Source: Candidatus Tayloriibacteriota bacterium (lineage in GTDB: Bacteria > Patescibacteriota > Minisyncoccia > Phycocordibacterales > UBA6065). From it: a stretch of 64,000 nt of DNA. Position 1 is the first letter of the stretch. Every line of letters starts with the position of its first letter. Of this stretch, positions 8,094 through 16,405 are shown one piece after another. Made by a program: the position numbers and the translations under genes. A model generated the notes under the pieces. The model made no database searches. It worked only from the letters and a program-made list of their open reading frames with translations, and was not told the origin of the DNA. Where the stretch lies: assembly GCA_016215405.1 (NCBI GenBank), contig JACRJQ010000008.1, positions 25,866-89,865 of the forward strand, read 5' to 3'.

Positions 8094-8741
8094 ATGTCGT
8101 ACCTCAACTGGGACACCAAAGTCGTAGCGGATCTATCCCCCGAGAACGTCGCAAAGATGTACGATGAAGGCTACGTGTTCACCAGGGTCGACAAAGGCGT
8201 GATGAACAGGACCCGCTCTTTCCGCGTGAACCTAAAGGCGTATCAGGCGTCCTCAGAGAACCGCCGTGTCCTACGCAAAGCCGAAGACCTCTCGCTTAGA
8301 GTGGAAGCCATCCCCTACCCCCTTTATTCCTGGAAGATAGGCAAGCTCGCCAAGGACTTCTACGAGAAGTTCGGAGACAACGTCTTTACGGCGAACAAGA
8401 TAAAGGAGATATTCACCGACGAAGCGAAGTCGAATTTCAACCGCGCCCTCGTCTATAGTTCGAAGAGATCGGGAGAAGACGTCGGATACGCGGTGTGCCA
8501 CGAGTCGAAGAGCCTCCTGCACTATTCCTACCCCTTCTACGTCGAGGAGCCCTCGCGCGGCATCGGCATGATGACCTTAGCCCTTGAGTGGGCGAAGGCT
8601 AAAGGCCTCGACTACGTCTATCTCGGCTCGCTCTCCCGCCCTTCTGACTCGTATAAGCTCCAATTCCTCGGCGGCGAGTGGTTCGACGGCGCGCATTGGC
8701 AGGTAGACACCGCCCCGCTCAAAGCCATCCTCAAGCCCTAG
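8094..8741 (+). CDS. Arginyl/leucyl-tRNA--protein transferase family (Bpt/ATE1 C-terminal domain-like, GNAT fold) protein lacking the N-terminal Cys cluster.
   Basis: LDYVYLGSLSRPSDSYKLQFLGGEWFDGAHWQ resembles Bpt DYLYLGYWI..S.KM.YK..F.P.E.L.DGAWQ. YSYPFY resembles MYSYFDP. The gene starts 2 nt after the mraY stop. Confidence 0.5.
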   Translation: MSYLNWDTKVVADLSPENVAKMYDEGYVFTRVDKGVMNRTRSFRVNLKAYQASSENRRVLRKAEDLSLRVEAIPYPLYSWKIGKLAKDFYEKFGDNVFTANKIKEIFTDEAKSNFNRALVYSSKRSGEDVGYAVCHESKSLLHYSYPFYVEEPSRGIGMMTLALEWAKAKGLDYVYLGSLSRPSDSYKLQFLGGEWFDGAHWQVDTAPLKAILKP

Positions 8742-8764
8742 GGAATCCGTTAGAGCTAAAAACA

Positions 8765-8780
8765 GTATCATATATGATAC
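8765..8780. promoter_or_regulatory. Perfect 16-bp palindrome GTATCATATATGATAC (candidate operator) upstream of rlmH.
   Basis: Seen directly. A near-identical element, ctaaaaacagtatcGtatCtgatac, recurs at 53554-53578. Confidence 0.3.
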
Positions 8781-8801
8781 TATCGCTAGAAGGATAAAAG
8801 A

Positions 8802-9224
8802 ATGAAGATATCTCTCGTAACGGTCGGAAAGACGCAGGGAAAGGAGTTCGCCGAGTCTATCGCGGACTATTCGAAGCGCGTCTCGCGCTACGTCCAGTTC
8901 GAGTTCGTCGATACGGTCGAGGAAAGGCTCGCCAAAGCGCTCGAAAAGATGGATCGCGTGTTCCTCCTCGACGAGCACGGCAAAGAATATACGTCCATGG
9001 AATTCTCGGGCTTTGTAGAGAAACAATTGAACGCCGGCGTGAAGAACGTCGCCTTCGTCATAGGCGGACCCTTCGGATTCTCGGACGAGGTCCGCGCCCT
9101 CGCCGACTCCTCCATCGCCCTCTCGAAGATGACCTTCCCCCACGACCTTTGCCGGGTCGTATTCCTCGAGCAGCTCTATCGGGCGTTCTCCATCCTTCGA
9201 AACGAGAAGTACCACCACGAATAG
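8802..9224 (+). CDS. rlmH: 23S rRNA (pseudouridine1915-N3)-methyltransferase RlmH.
   Basis: 140 aa SPOUT protein, MKISLVTVGKT...VAFVIGGPFGFSDEV...FPHDLCRVVFLEQLYRAF. Confidence 0.9.
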   Translation: MKISLVTVGKTQGKEFAESIADYSKRVSRYVQFEFVDTVEERLAKALEKMDRVFLLDEHGKEYTSMEFSGFVEKQLNAGVKNVAFVIGGPFGFSDEVRALADSSIALSKMTFPHDLCRVVFLEQLYRAFSILRNEKYHHE

Positions 9225-9265
9225 CTTCCAAATCGCCCTCCTATCGCTTACTATAGAAGTCCATT

Positions 9266-10663
9266 ATGGAAAATCCCAAGAAGGTCCACTTCATAGGCAT
9301 CTGCGGCGTCGCTATGAGCGCCGTGGCGACTGCTCTGTGGCAGAAAGGATTTAAAGTGACAGGATCTGACGCGGGCTTCTATCCGCCCGTCTCGACGCAC
9401 CTCTCGAACGCGGGCATCCCCTACTATTCGGGCTGGCATCCGGAGAAGATGGTCGAGGGCGGCGCGCCGGACCTCGTCGTCGTGGGCAACGCCGTATCGA
9501 GCCAGAATCCCGAATTCGTCTACGTAAAAGAGAGAGGCATCCCTTTTAAATCCTATCCAGAAGCCGTGGGCGAACATCTCATAAAGCCCCATTCGGTGGT
9601 CGCTTCTGGCACGTACGGCAAGACGACTTCATCCGCGCTCCTCTCGCACATATGGAAGCATGCGAGCCTGAAGCCGTCGTACATGTACGGCGGACTCACT
9701 CAGGACGGCGCTCCGTCAGCCGCGGCGGATTCGGGCGAATGGTCTATCGTCGAAGGAGACGAATATTCCACTTCGAAATGGGACAAGGGAGCGAAATTCT
9801 TCCACTACAGGCCTACGCACCTCCTCCTCACGGCGGTAAAGTGGGACCATGCCGACCTCTACCCTACGGAAGAATCGTACTTCGACGCTTTCAAGAAGCT
9901 CGTCTCCCTCGTGCCCAAAGACGGCGTTATCGTCGGATGCATAGACGTCGAGAGCGTCCCCAAGCTCCTCGCGAAGAGGGATTTCATAAGCTACGGAGCT
10001 CACAAGGACGCGTCGTACAGGTACGAGAACATCGTCCAGACTCCTTCCGGACTCACTTTCGATATCGTCTACCACGGCAAGAAGTACAATATCGAATCCC
10101 CTCTCCTCGGCGCATACAACGCAGAGAACATCACGGGCTGCTTCGCTATGGCGTACGCGTGCGGCATCTCCCCCGGAGACATCTCGGATGCGATAAAGAC
10201 GTTTCCCGGGATGAAGAGGCGGCTCGAAAAGCGCTACGAGAACGCCGTGACAGTGATAGACGATATCGCCCATTCGCCGGAGAAGGCGCGATCGGTCCTC
10301 AACAACCTCCGCCACATCTACTCAGGTCTCGTCATCGCCGTCTACGAGCCGAACATCGGCAACCGCACGACCCAATCGAAGCCGGCGTACAAGGATGCGT
10401 TCAAGGACGCTGACACGGTCGTCATCCCCCGCCTCACGAAGCTCAAGGTAGACCCCGACAATCCTGAGGCGTATTTCGACGGAGACGAGCTCGCCGCGAC
10501 CATAGAAGAGAGCCACAAGGAGGTGCACTATCTCGACAGCGACGAAGAGCTCGTCGAATTCCTGGTAAAAGCCCGCGGCAAAGGCGACGTTATAGCGTTT
10601 TTAGGCTCCCACGGCTTTCGCGGGATGATAGAAGAGACGGTAAAGAGGCTGGCACAAAACTAG
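9266..10663 (+). CDS. Mur ligase: UDP-N-acetylmuramate:L-alanyl-gamma-D-glutamyl-meso-DAP ligase (Mpl)-like, or MurC.
   Basis: HFIGICGVAMSAVATAL...VTGSDAGFYPPVSTHL closely parallels the E. coli Mpl N-terminus (ILGICGTFMGGLA...VTGSDANVYPPMS). GTYGKTTSSA P-loop. Confidence 0.8.
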   Translation: MENPKKVHFIGICGVAMSAVATALWQKGFKVTGSDAGFYPPVSTHLSNAGIPYYSGWHPEKMVEGGAPDLVVVGNAVSSQNPEFVYVKERGIPFKSYPEAVGEHLIKPHSVVASGTYGKTTSSALLSHIWKHASLKPSYMYGGLTQDGAPSAAADSGEWSIVEGDEYSTSKWDKGAKFFHYRPTHLLLTAVKWDHADLYPTEESYFDAFKKLVSLVPKDGVIVGCIDVESVPKLLAKRDFISYGAHKDASYRYENIVQTPSGLTFDIVYHGKKYNIESPLLGAYNAENITGCFAMAYACGISPGDISDAIKTFPGMKRRLEKRYENAVTVIDDIAHSPEKARSVLNNLRHIYSGLVIAVYEPNIGNRTTQSKPAYKDAFKDADTVVIPRLTKLKVDPDNPEAYFDGDELAATIEESHKEVHYLDSDEELVEFLVKARGKGDVIAFLGSHGFRGMIEETVKRLAQN

Positions 10664-10669
10664 AAAAAC

Positions 10670-10695
10670 CACGTCAGAGGCGTGGCTTTTCTTAC
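10670..10695 (+). terminator. Rho-independent terminator after the mpl/murC-like gene.
   Basis: aaaaaccacgtcagaggcgtggcttttctt. Confidence 0.5.
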
Positions 10696-10711
10696 CTCCC
10701 CTCTCCAACCT

Positions 10712-10805
10712 CCTGTCGAATCCGCGTTCTTCTTTGCGAGGATCGTGCCGAGTCTTCGAGGACGCTTGCGCTCCGCAGCAAAGAAAACGCGGATCGGCTA
10801 AAGAA
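10712..10805 (+). repeat. Copy B of the ~95-nt conserved intergenic element (inverted repeat ATCCGCGTTCTTCTTTGC / GCAAAGAAAACGCGGAT).
   Basis: Aligned with copies A and C. An 18-nt near-perfect inverted repeat flanks a ~50-nt core. It follows the terminator at 10670-10695. Confidence 0.55.
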
Positions 10806-10857
10806 GGAGCTTGGATTCCGGGTCAAGCCCGGAAAGACAGAGGAGGGTGGGGACCCT

Positions 10858-11022
10858 CTATTTTCCCTCGTCCACGATCTCTAGAGCGACCTTATCTCCA
10901 TCGAGAGAGACGACCTCGAGCACGATCCCGCACAGAGGGCATTCTATGACGTACCCCTTAGTGATCTTCGGATGCTTCGAGACGTCGATATCGTTCTTGC
11001 ATTCTGGGCAGACGCATTTCAT
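10858..11022 (-). CDS. LysW/ArgW-like zinc-ribbon mini-protein (54 aa).
   Basis: MKCVCPECKNDIDVSKHPKITKGYVIECPLCGIVLEVVSLDGDKVALEIVDEGK. It matches the LysW architecture CPEC...C..CG..LEVV.LD plus an acidic tail, but the C-terminus is EGK rather than ...EE/DWGE. The larger track ORF (10858-11292) is only its out-of-context upstream extension. Confidence 0.5.
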   Translation of the reverse strand: MKCVCPECKNDIDVSKHPKITKGYVIECPLCGIVLEVVSLDGDKVALEIVDEGK

Positions 11023-11086
11023 ATTCGTTGGTCGTTTAGGTCTAAAGCGCTTTATATAATACCCGAAAGGGGCTAGTATACAAGGC

Positions 11087-11920
11087 ATGTTCGGCATAGC
11101 ACTCACGGCGCTCGGGTCGTTTCTCGACGAGACGGCCGCTTCCATCGGAAAGTGGGCAGTCACCCACAAGAAAGAGCCCCTTATGGTCATGGGGTTCCTC
11201 AACGTATTCTGGGTAAGCGCCATCTTCGGCGCGGTCGCTCTGTTCAAGGGAGAGTTCGCGTTCGCGCCCGCCGCCCTTCCCCTCTTCCTCACAAGGTCGG
11301 TCTTCGAGATCGCTCAATTCCACATAGGCCTCCTCGCCACGGTCAAAAGCGACAGAAGCGCCTTAGGATTCCTCATGATCCTCACGCTCCCCCTCCTCCT
11401 CGCCGTTGATACCGTCCTCGGCTACGAGATGACGACCTTGCAGCTTCTCGGCGTCGCGACGATCGTCCTCTCCCTGGCCCTCCTTCTCGTAAATCACGGC
11501 ATATCGAAAAAAGGGCTCGGCTACGCCCTCTTCATCGCGATCAATCCCGTGATCACCATCTCGATGTTCAAGTACTCGATCACCCATTACAATACGGTCG
11601 AAGTCGAACAGAGCCTCATGTTCGGCGTGCTCGCCGTCTACGGCGCCGCCATGTCGTACGTCATGCACAGGGAGAATCCCTTCAAATACCTCAAGAACCC
11701 GCTCTGCCTCGCTCACTCGCTCTTGCGCGGCGTAAGCGGGACCATGCACAGCTTCGCGTACGTATTCGCGCCTGCGTCCGTCATCACCACGGCGAAGCGC
11801 GCCGCATCGCTCTTCGCGGCCGTAGTGTCCGGGAACGTCTACTTCCACGAGAAGCATCTCGTCTTGAAGCTCGCGTCGTTCTCGCTTATCGTCTTGGGCC
11901 TTATACTCATCGTAGTATAG
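11087..11920 (+). CDS. DMT-superfamily (EamA-like) membrane transporter, ~10 TM.
   Basis: 277 aa polytopic membrane protein with an internally duplicated 5-TM organisation. Confidence 0.5.
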   Translation: MFGIALTALGSFLDETAASIGKWAVTHKKEPLMVMGFLNVFWVSAIFGAVALFKGEFAFAPAALPLFLTRSVFEIAQFHIGLLATVKSDRSALGFLMILTLPLLLAVDTVLGYEMTTLQLLGVATIVLSLALLLVNHGISKKGLGYALFIAINPVITISMFKYSITHYNTVEVEQSLMFGVLAVYGAAMSYVMHRENPFKYLKNPLCLAHSLLRGVSGTMHSFAYVFAPASVITTAKRAASLFAAVVSGNVYFHEKHLVLKLASFSLIVLGLILIVV

Positions 11921-11929
11921 TTACATCAT

Positions 11930-12811
11930 ATGCTTACCCCTCAGATAGAAGCGCCAGAGATAGCAGAGGAGCTCGGCATCCCGAAGCTCTATATAAAGCG
12001 CGAAGACCTGCATCCGTACGGGTCGCATAAGGGCCGCTCTATCCCTATGATGATAGACCTCAAGGCCGCCCGAGGGGCCAAAGAATTCGCCATATCTTCT
12101 TCCGGGAACGCGGCGATAGCGGCCGCTCGGCATATCGAGAAGAGGAACCTCGCGGGAGACGACCTGAGGCTCACCATCTTCGTAGGCGAGAGGATAGGCG
12201 AGGCGAAAAGAAAAGCGCTCGAGAACGTATCGATCGACGAGAGGATCAAGGTCGTGGACTCTCCCCGCCCCCTTCAGGCCCTCTTCAACCTGCTCAAAAG
12301 CGAGAACGGAAAGCCCGAGAGCCTGCGCCAGTCGACCGACCCTGAGGCTCTGCCAGGCTATAAATCGCTCGCCTTCGAGATCGCAGGCACCCCCGACCTG
12401 TCCGCGGTCTTCATCGGCACGTCTTCGGGGACATCCGCCCAGGCGCTCGCTGAATATCTCATAGAGCACGAAAAGAACGCCCAGATACACGTCGTCCAGA
12501 CGCGCGGGAACTCCCCTATCGCTCGGGCGTTCGATGCCGAAGAATACGAAGGCGAACCCTCTCTCGCCGATGCCATCGTAGACAAGGTCGCTCACAGGAA
12601 GGACGCCCTCGAAGAGGCGGTGCGGAGGACCGGAGGCTCGGGATGGGTCGCTTCTAATGCCGACATAGAGAAGGCCGTAAGGCTTTTGAGCGAGAAGGCG
12701 AATGTCCGAGCCACGCCGAACGGAGCCTTGGGCCTCGCCGGCGTCATACGCGCGATCTCCAAAGGCTGGAAGCCAGAAGGCGCGGTCGTAGCGATCGTGA
12801 CGGGAAGGTAA
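11930..12811 (+). CDS. PLP-dependent fold-type II enzyme (threonine synthase / cysteine synthase superfamily).
   Basis: LHPYGSHKGRSIPMM (PLP-lysine loop), glycine-rich loops SSGNAAIAAA and GTSSGTSAQA. Confidence 0.6.
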   Translation: MLTPQIEAPEIAEELGIPKLYIKREDLHPYGSHKGRSIPMMIDLKAARGAKEFAISSSGNAAIAAARHIEKRNLAGDDLRLTIFVGERIGEAKRKALENVSIDERIKVVDSPRPLQALFNLLKSENGKPESLRQSTDPEALPGYKSLAFEIAGTPDLSAVFIGTSSGTSAQALAEYLIEHEKNAQIHVVQTRGNSPIARAFDAEEYEGEPSLADAIVDKVAHRKDALEEAVRRTGGSGWVASNADIEKAVRLLSEKANVRATPNGALGLAGVIRAISKGWKPEGAVVAIVTGR

Positions 12812-12843
12812 TCAAAAGCCCGCTTCTATAAGCGGGCTCGCTG

Positions 12844-13197
12844 TCAGGGGGCCTTCCGGGCCCTCCATCGTTCGAGAGAGAAGACCGATTCCGTGCGCAT
12901 GGCGTCGTCGTCTTGGTCGTCTTCCATGACGATTATGCAGACCGTGTCCGGGCCGTGCTTGCGGACGAAGCCGAGCTTGCCTGCATGGGAGCTTTTTATG
13001 TTGACGGGCGTTTTCTTGCCGTCTTTCGAAAAGACGAAGAAGTCTATGTCCTCGCCGCGGGCGCCCTTCGTCTTCGCGCGCTCGATCCGATCGAGCCAAT
13101 CCGGCGCCTTCGCCGAGTCTCGGAAGAGGGCGAGGAACCGCTCCTCGCTCCTGCGTCCCCTCTCTCGCTTTGAATGAGCGTCTCCATCGGTGTTCAT
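12844..13197 (-). CDS. Hypothetical protein (117 aa), downstream partner of the 13308-14666 gene.
   Basis: Start MNTDGDAH is preceded by GGAAGGAGG ~11 nt upstream. GC3-rich codons. The overlapping plus-strand ORFs are rejected. Confidence 0.45.
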   Translation of the reverse strand: MNTDGDAHSKRERGRRSEERFLALFRDSAKAPDWLDRIERAKTKGARGEDIDFFVFSKDGKKTPVNIKSSHAGKLGFVRKHGPDTVCIIVMEDDQDDDAMRTESVFSLERWRARKAP

Positions 13198-13307
13198 CGG
13201 TGATGTTTCCTCCTTCCCTATTATAGACAATAAAAAAGGGGCCAGTGAGATGTCCTGGCCCCGTTCCCTTTCAAGCGCCCTTCTCTGTGAGAGCCGCGCT
13301 ATCGGGG

Positions 13308-14666
13308 TTATTGTGTCGCCTTCTGCGCCGCCTCGGACGCTCCGTCGAGGACGGCGCCGAGATCAAGCGACCCCACCACCGCCTCCCAACCGTCCCGCGT
13401 CGCGGTCTTCTGCACTGAGGACGCGCCGTCAGGGGAGCTCTCGTAGCGCTCGATCCACTCCGCCTGCCCGTTCCCCGAGAACGCGCTCTTCGCGATGTCG
13501 ATGATGGCCGACATCGGAAGAAGGGAGCGGTTATACGGATGGGCGAACGATCCCGAGAGGAGCAGACGCTCGAAGGCAAGATGCCATTCGGGGCTGCACT
13601 CCTTGGTGCCGTTCCCCATGGCTTCCACGATCGAGGCCTTCCTGCCCGTCCGCGCCTTGTGCTCCGCCATGCGAACCATGGTAGCGAAGTCTTCGAGCGA
13701 CGGGCCGCCGTTCGGGTTCGAGACGACTTGGTATTGCCCGGACGAGCTACGGATCGCGACGATTGCCCAAGGGCCCTCGATCGACGATTTCGCGGCTTTT
13801 CCGGCATACTCGTTGTCGCTTTCGATGAAGAACGCGCGAGCCTTTGCCGAATCGACATCGATCTCGACCGCGACGGGCTTCTCCTTCATTTCGGCTAACG
13901 CCTTCATGTGGAGGACCTCGTCGAGATAGAGAGCGCGGAACGCCTCTTTGAGCCAGCGCTCGCGCACGGGAGACCGCATCTTCGACGCGATCGCCGCAAG
14001 CTCGGTCACCCGCTCGCCTTTGTGGGCGACGCTCCCCCGGATATAGCGGGAGACCTTCTGGGTCGAGTTGTGCGCCTTGTTGTAGCCACGATGGAGGGAG
14101 TAATCCTTCCAAGCGGCTTCGAGGTCGAACCTCTCGTCCGTCCTCCCGAACACGATGGCGTCGTAAGCGGCAGAGGCCCAGAGGTATGTCGCCTCCTGGT
14201 CTCCGCCCCCTTTGACGCGATGCATGATCTTGATGAGGTTGGCGAGCTGGGTATGTCCCACCTTCGGCTGCGTATCGCACCAGAGGGTCTCCTCGAGGAG
14301 CTCCTTCATACCCGGCTTTCCGAGGACGCGCAGGCGCTGCGCCACGAGAAGCGCCGCGCAGGTGCCCTGAAGGCGCCCTTGCGGCGTATGCTCGTCGAAG
14401 ACGTAGCCCTGCGGATTCTTGACCGTCCCGCCCAGACCGATGTAGATCCGATTGGGGTAGGTCGTTTCGAGCTTTTCGGCGAGGAAGACGAGCTTGGCGT
14501 TTTTTACGCCAGGGAACGCCTCCGCGCCGAACCGGTCGAACTGCCAAGTGCCGAGCATCTCGTCGTTATCCGCGCGGTTATGCGCATAGACGGCGACGAT
14601 GGGCTCGACCCGTGACAGGTTGGTGTGGTTGCGGCCGTTATGGCCGCGATTTTCGATGTGCTTCAT
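13308..14666 (-). CDS. Hypothetical protein, possibly a diverged DHH-family phosphoesterase.
   Basis: IVAVYAHNRADNDEMLG resembles DHH motif I (H-x3-D-x-D). VFDEHTP and RVKGGGDQE loosely resemble motif III and the DHHA1 GGGH motif. The start was taken at MKHIENRGH (the track start at 14714 is TTG). Confidence 0.4.
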   Translation of the reverse strand: MKHIENRGHNGRNHTNLSRVEPIVAVYAHNRADNDEMLGTWQFDRFGAEAFPGVKNAKLVFLAEKLETTYPNRIYIGLGGTVKNPQGYVFDEHTPQGRLQGTCAALLVAQRLRVLGKPGMKELLEETLWCDTQPKVGHTQLANLIKIMHRVKGGGDQEATYLWASAAYDAIVFGRTDERFDLEAAWKDYSLHRGYNKAHNSTQKVSRYIRGSVAHKGERVTELAAIASKMRSPVRERWLKEAFRALYLDEVLHMKALAEMKEKPVAVEIDVDSAKARAFFIESDNEYAGKAAKSSIEGPWAIVAIRSSSGQYQVVSNPNGGPSLEDFATMVRMAEHKARTGRKASIVEAMGNGTKECSPEWHLAFERLLLSGSFAHPYNRSLLPMSAIIDIAKSAFSGNGQAEWIERYESSPDGASSVQKTATRDGWEAVVGSLDLGAVLDGASEAAQKATQ

Positions 14667-14757
14667 TTTCTGGATGGGTCTTGCGACCCGACTGGGTTTC
14701 TGTGTTTGGGGCAATTGCCCTCTCGAGGGCGTACATGAAATGCCGACCTCTACCTAC

Positions 14758-14788
14758 TATTATACCACAATAAATATATAAAAGTCAA
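14758..14788 (-). promoter_or_regulatory. Sigma70-like promoter TTGACT-N18-TATAAT for the 13308-14666 operon.
   Basis: Reverse complement of 14758-14788 reads ttgacttttatatatttattgtggtataat. Confidence 0.4.
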
Positions 14789-14796
14789 TATAGCAA

Positions 14797-14820
14797 AACC
14801 GCCCTGTAGGGCGGTTTTGC
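14797..14820 (-). terminator. Rho-independent terminator downstream of pyk.
   Basis: aaaaccgccctgtagggcggttttgc. Its flanking A/T runs allow bidirectional function. Confidence 0.5.
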
Positions 14821-14839
14821 GTCTCTTCCCTCCCGAGAG

Positions 14840-16258
14840 CTAGAGGGTCTCTACGAGGAGCATGTTGGTCTCCGTCGCCTTGCCGAAAGGCAGGGCGGAC
14901 GCCATGACCACTTTGTCTCCCTTCTTCGCGAGCTTCGACTTGAGGAAGTACTCCCGGACCATCTTGGCGACCTCGTTGAAGTCGGTCGTGCGGTGGACGA
15001 GGACAGGCTGCGTGCCCCACGAGAGGATGGACTGCCTGAAAGTCACCTCGTTAGGGGTGAACACATAGATAGGCTGGGTCGGCTTGTGGCGCGATATGGA
15101 TCGAGCGGATCGGCCCGATTCGGTGAACGAGACGAGATATTTCGCCCCCACTCGATCGGCGTTCTTGACGGCCGAGAGGGTCACGGATTCGCCCGAAGTG
15201 AGGATGGTGCCGGGCACGACGTCGAGGAGCTGCTTCTTGACGAGGCTGCCTTCGACCTGGAGCGCGACCTTCGACATGACCTCGACGGCCTGGACCGGGA
15301 AGTCGCCGAGCGTCGTCTCTTCCGAGAGCATGACAGCGTCGGTGCCGTCGACGATCGCGTTCGCGACGTCGGATACCTCCGCGCGCGTAGGAACGGGCGC
15401 CTTTATCATCGATTCGAGCATCTGGGTCGCCGTGATGACAGGCTTGCCCGCCTCGTTACACTTCCTGATGAGCATCTTCTGGGCCGCAGGGACCTTCTCT
15501 GCGGGTATCTCGATCGCGAGGTCTCCTCGAGCGACCATGATGCCGTCGGCAAGGGCGATTATCTGGTCGATACAGGAGAGGGCCTGAGGGGTCTCGATCT
15601 TGGCGATGATCCTCGCCTTGGACTTCCTCGCTTGGAGGATGGCGCGGAGCTCCTCGATGTCAGAAGGCCTGCGGACGAACGAGAGGGCGATGAAGTCCAC
15701 CTTGTTCTTTATGCCGAATTCGAGGTCGGAGCGATCCTTCTCCGTGAGGGAGGATATCGAGAGGTCCGAGTCCGGCAGGTTCACTCCCCTCTTGCCCTTT
15801 ATCTCGCCGCCGACGAGGATCTTGCAGACGACGTCGTTGCCCTTCACGTCGAGGACTTCGAGCTTCTTCCTGCCGTCGTGGAGGAATACGATATGGCCCT
15901 TCTTCACCTCTTTCGCGAAATTAGGATAGTTCACCGAGACGCGCGTCTCGTCGCCCTCGACCTTCTCGGTCGTGAGCGTGAACTTCTTGCCTTCGACGAG
16001 CATGACCGATTCGGTCTTGAAGGTGCCGATGCGGATCTTCGGGCCGCCGAGGTCCTGGAGGGTGGCCGCCGGGATGCCGGTCTTCTCCACGGCCTTCTTG
16101 AGGTTCTTCACGCGGTTGCCGTGCTCGGTGAAATCGCCGTGAGAGAAGTTGAGGCGCATCACGTTCATCCCGGCCTTAAGGAGCTCGGTGAGCCTCTCTT
16201 CGGACTCGGTCGCTGGGCCTATGGTACAGACGATCTTCGTTTTCTTGGCGGTTATCAT
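14840..16258 (-). CDS. pyk: Pyruvate kinase.
   Basis: MITAKKTKIVCTIGPA...MNVMRLNFSHG...GPKIRIG...MVARGDLAIEIP. Full length, 472 aa. Confidence 0.95.
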   Translation of the reverse strand: MITAKKTKIVCTIGPATESEERLTELLKAGMNVMRLNFSHGDFTEHGNRVKNLKKAVEKTGIPAATLQDLGGPKIRIGTFKTESVMLVEGKKFTLTTEKVEGDETRVSVNYPNFAKEVKKGHIVFLHDGRKKLEVLDVKGNDVVCKILVGGEIKGKRGVNLPDSDLSISSLTEKDRSDLEFGIKNKVDFIALSFVRRPSDIEELRAILQARKSKARIIAKIETPQALSCIDQIIALADGIMVARGDLAIEIPAEKVPAAQKMLIRKCNEAGKPVITATQMLESMIKAPVPTRAEVSDVANAIVDGTDAVMLSEETTLGDFPVQAVEVMSKVALQVEGSLVKKQLLDVVPGTILTSGESVTLSAVKNADRVGAKYLVSFTESGRSARSISRHKPTQPIYVFTPNEVTFRQSILSWGTQPVLVHRTTDFNEVAKMVREYFLKSKLAKKGDKVVMASALPFGKATETNMLLVETL

Positions 16259-16405
16259 TTCTTGCGTGGTTTATATCCTAAAAATAAGACGAGTCCTTAT
16301 GATACAGAAAAACGGCGTTTTTTCAAACGATTCAACGATAAAGCCCGACCAAGCGCTCGATCCCTGCGACCTGCGGGACAAAGAACGGTCGGGCGCGATA
16401 CGATC

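Noticed and set aside
9652-10413. 253-aa and 199-aa ORFs inside the mpl/murC-like gene.
   Set aside because: They are alternative-frame and antisense artefacts of high GC. The Mur ligase frame has clear motifs.
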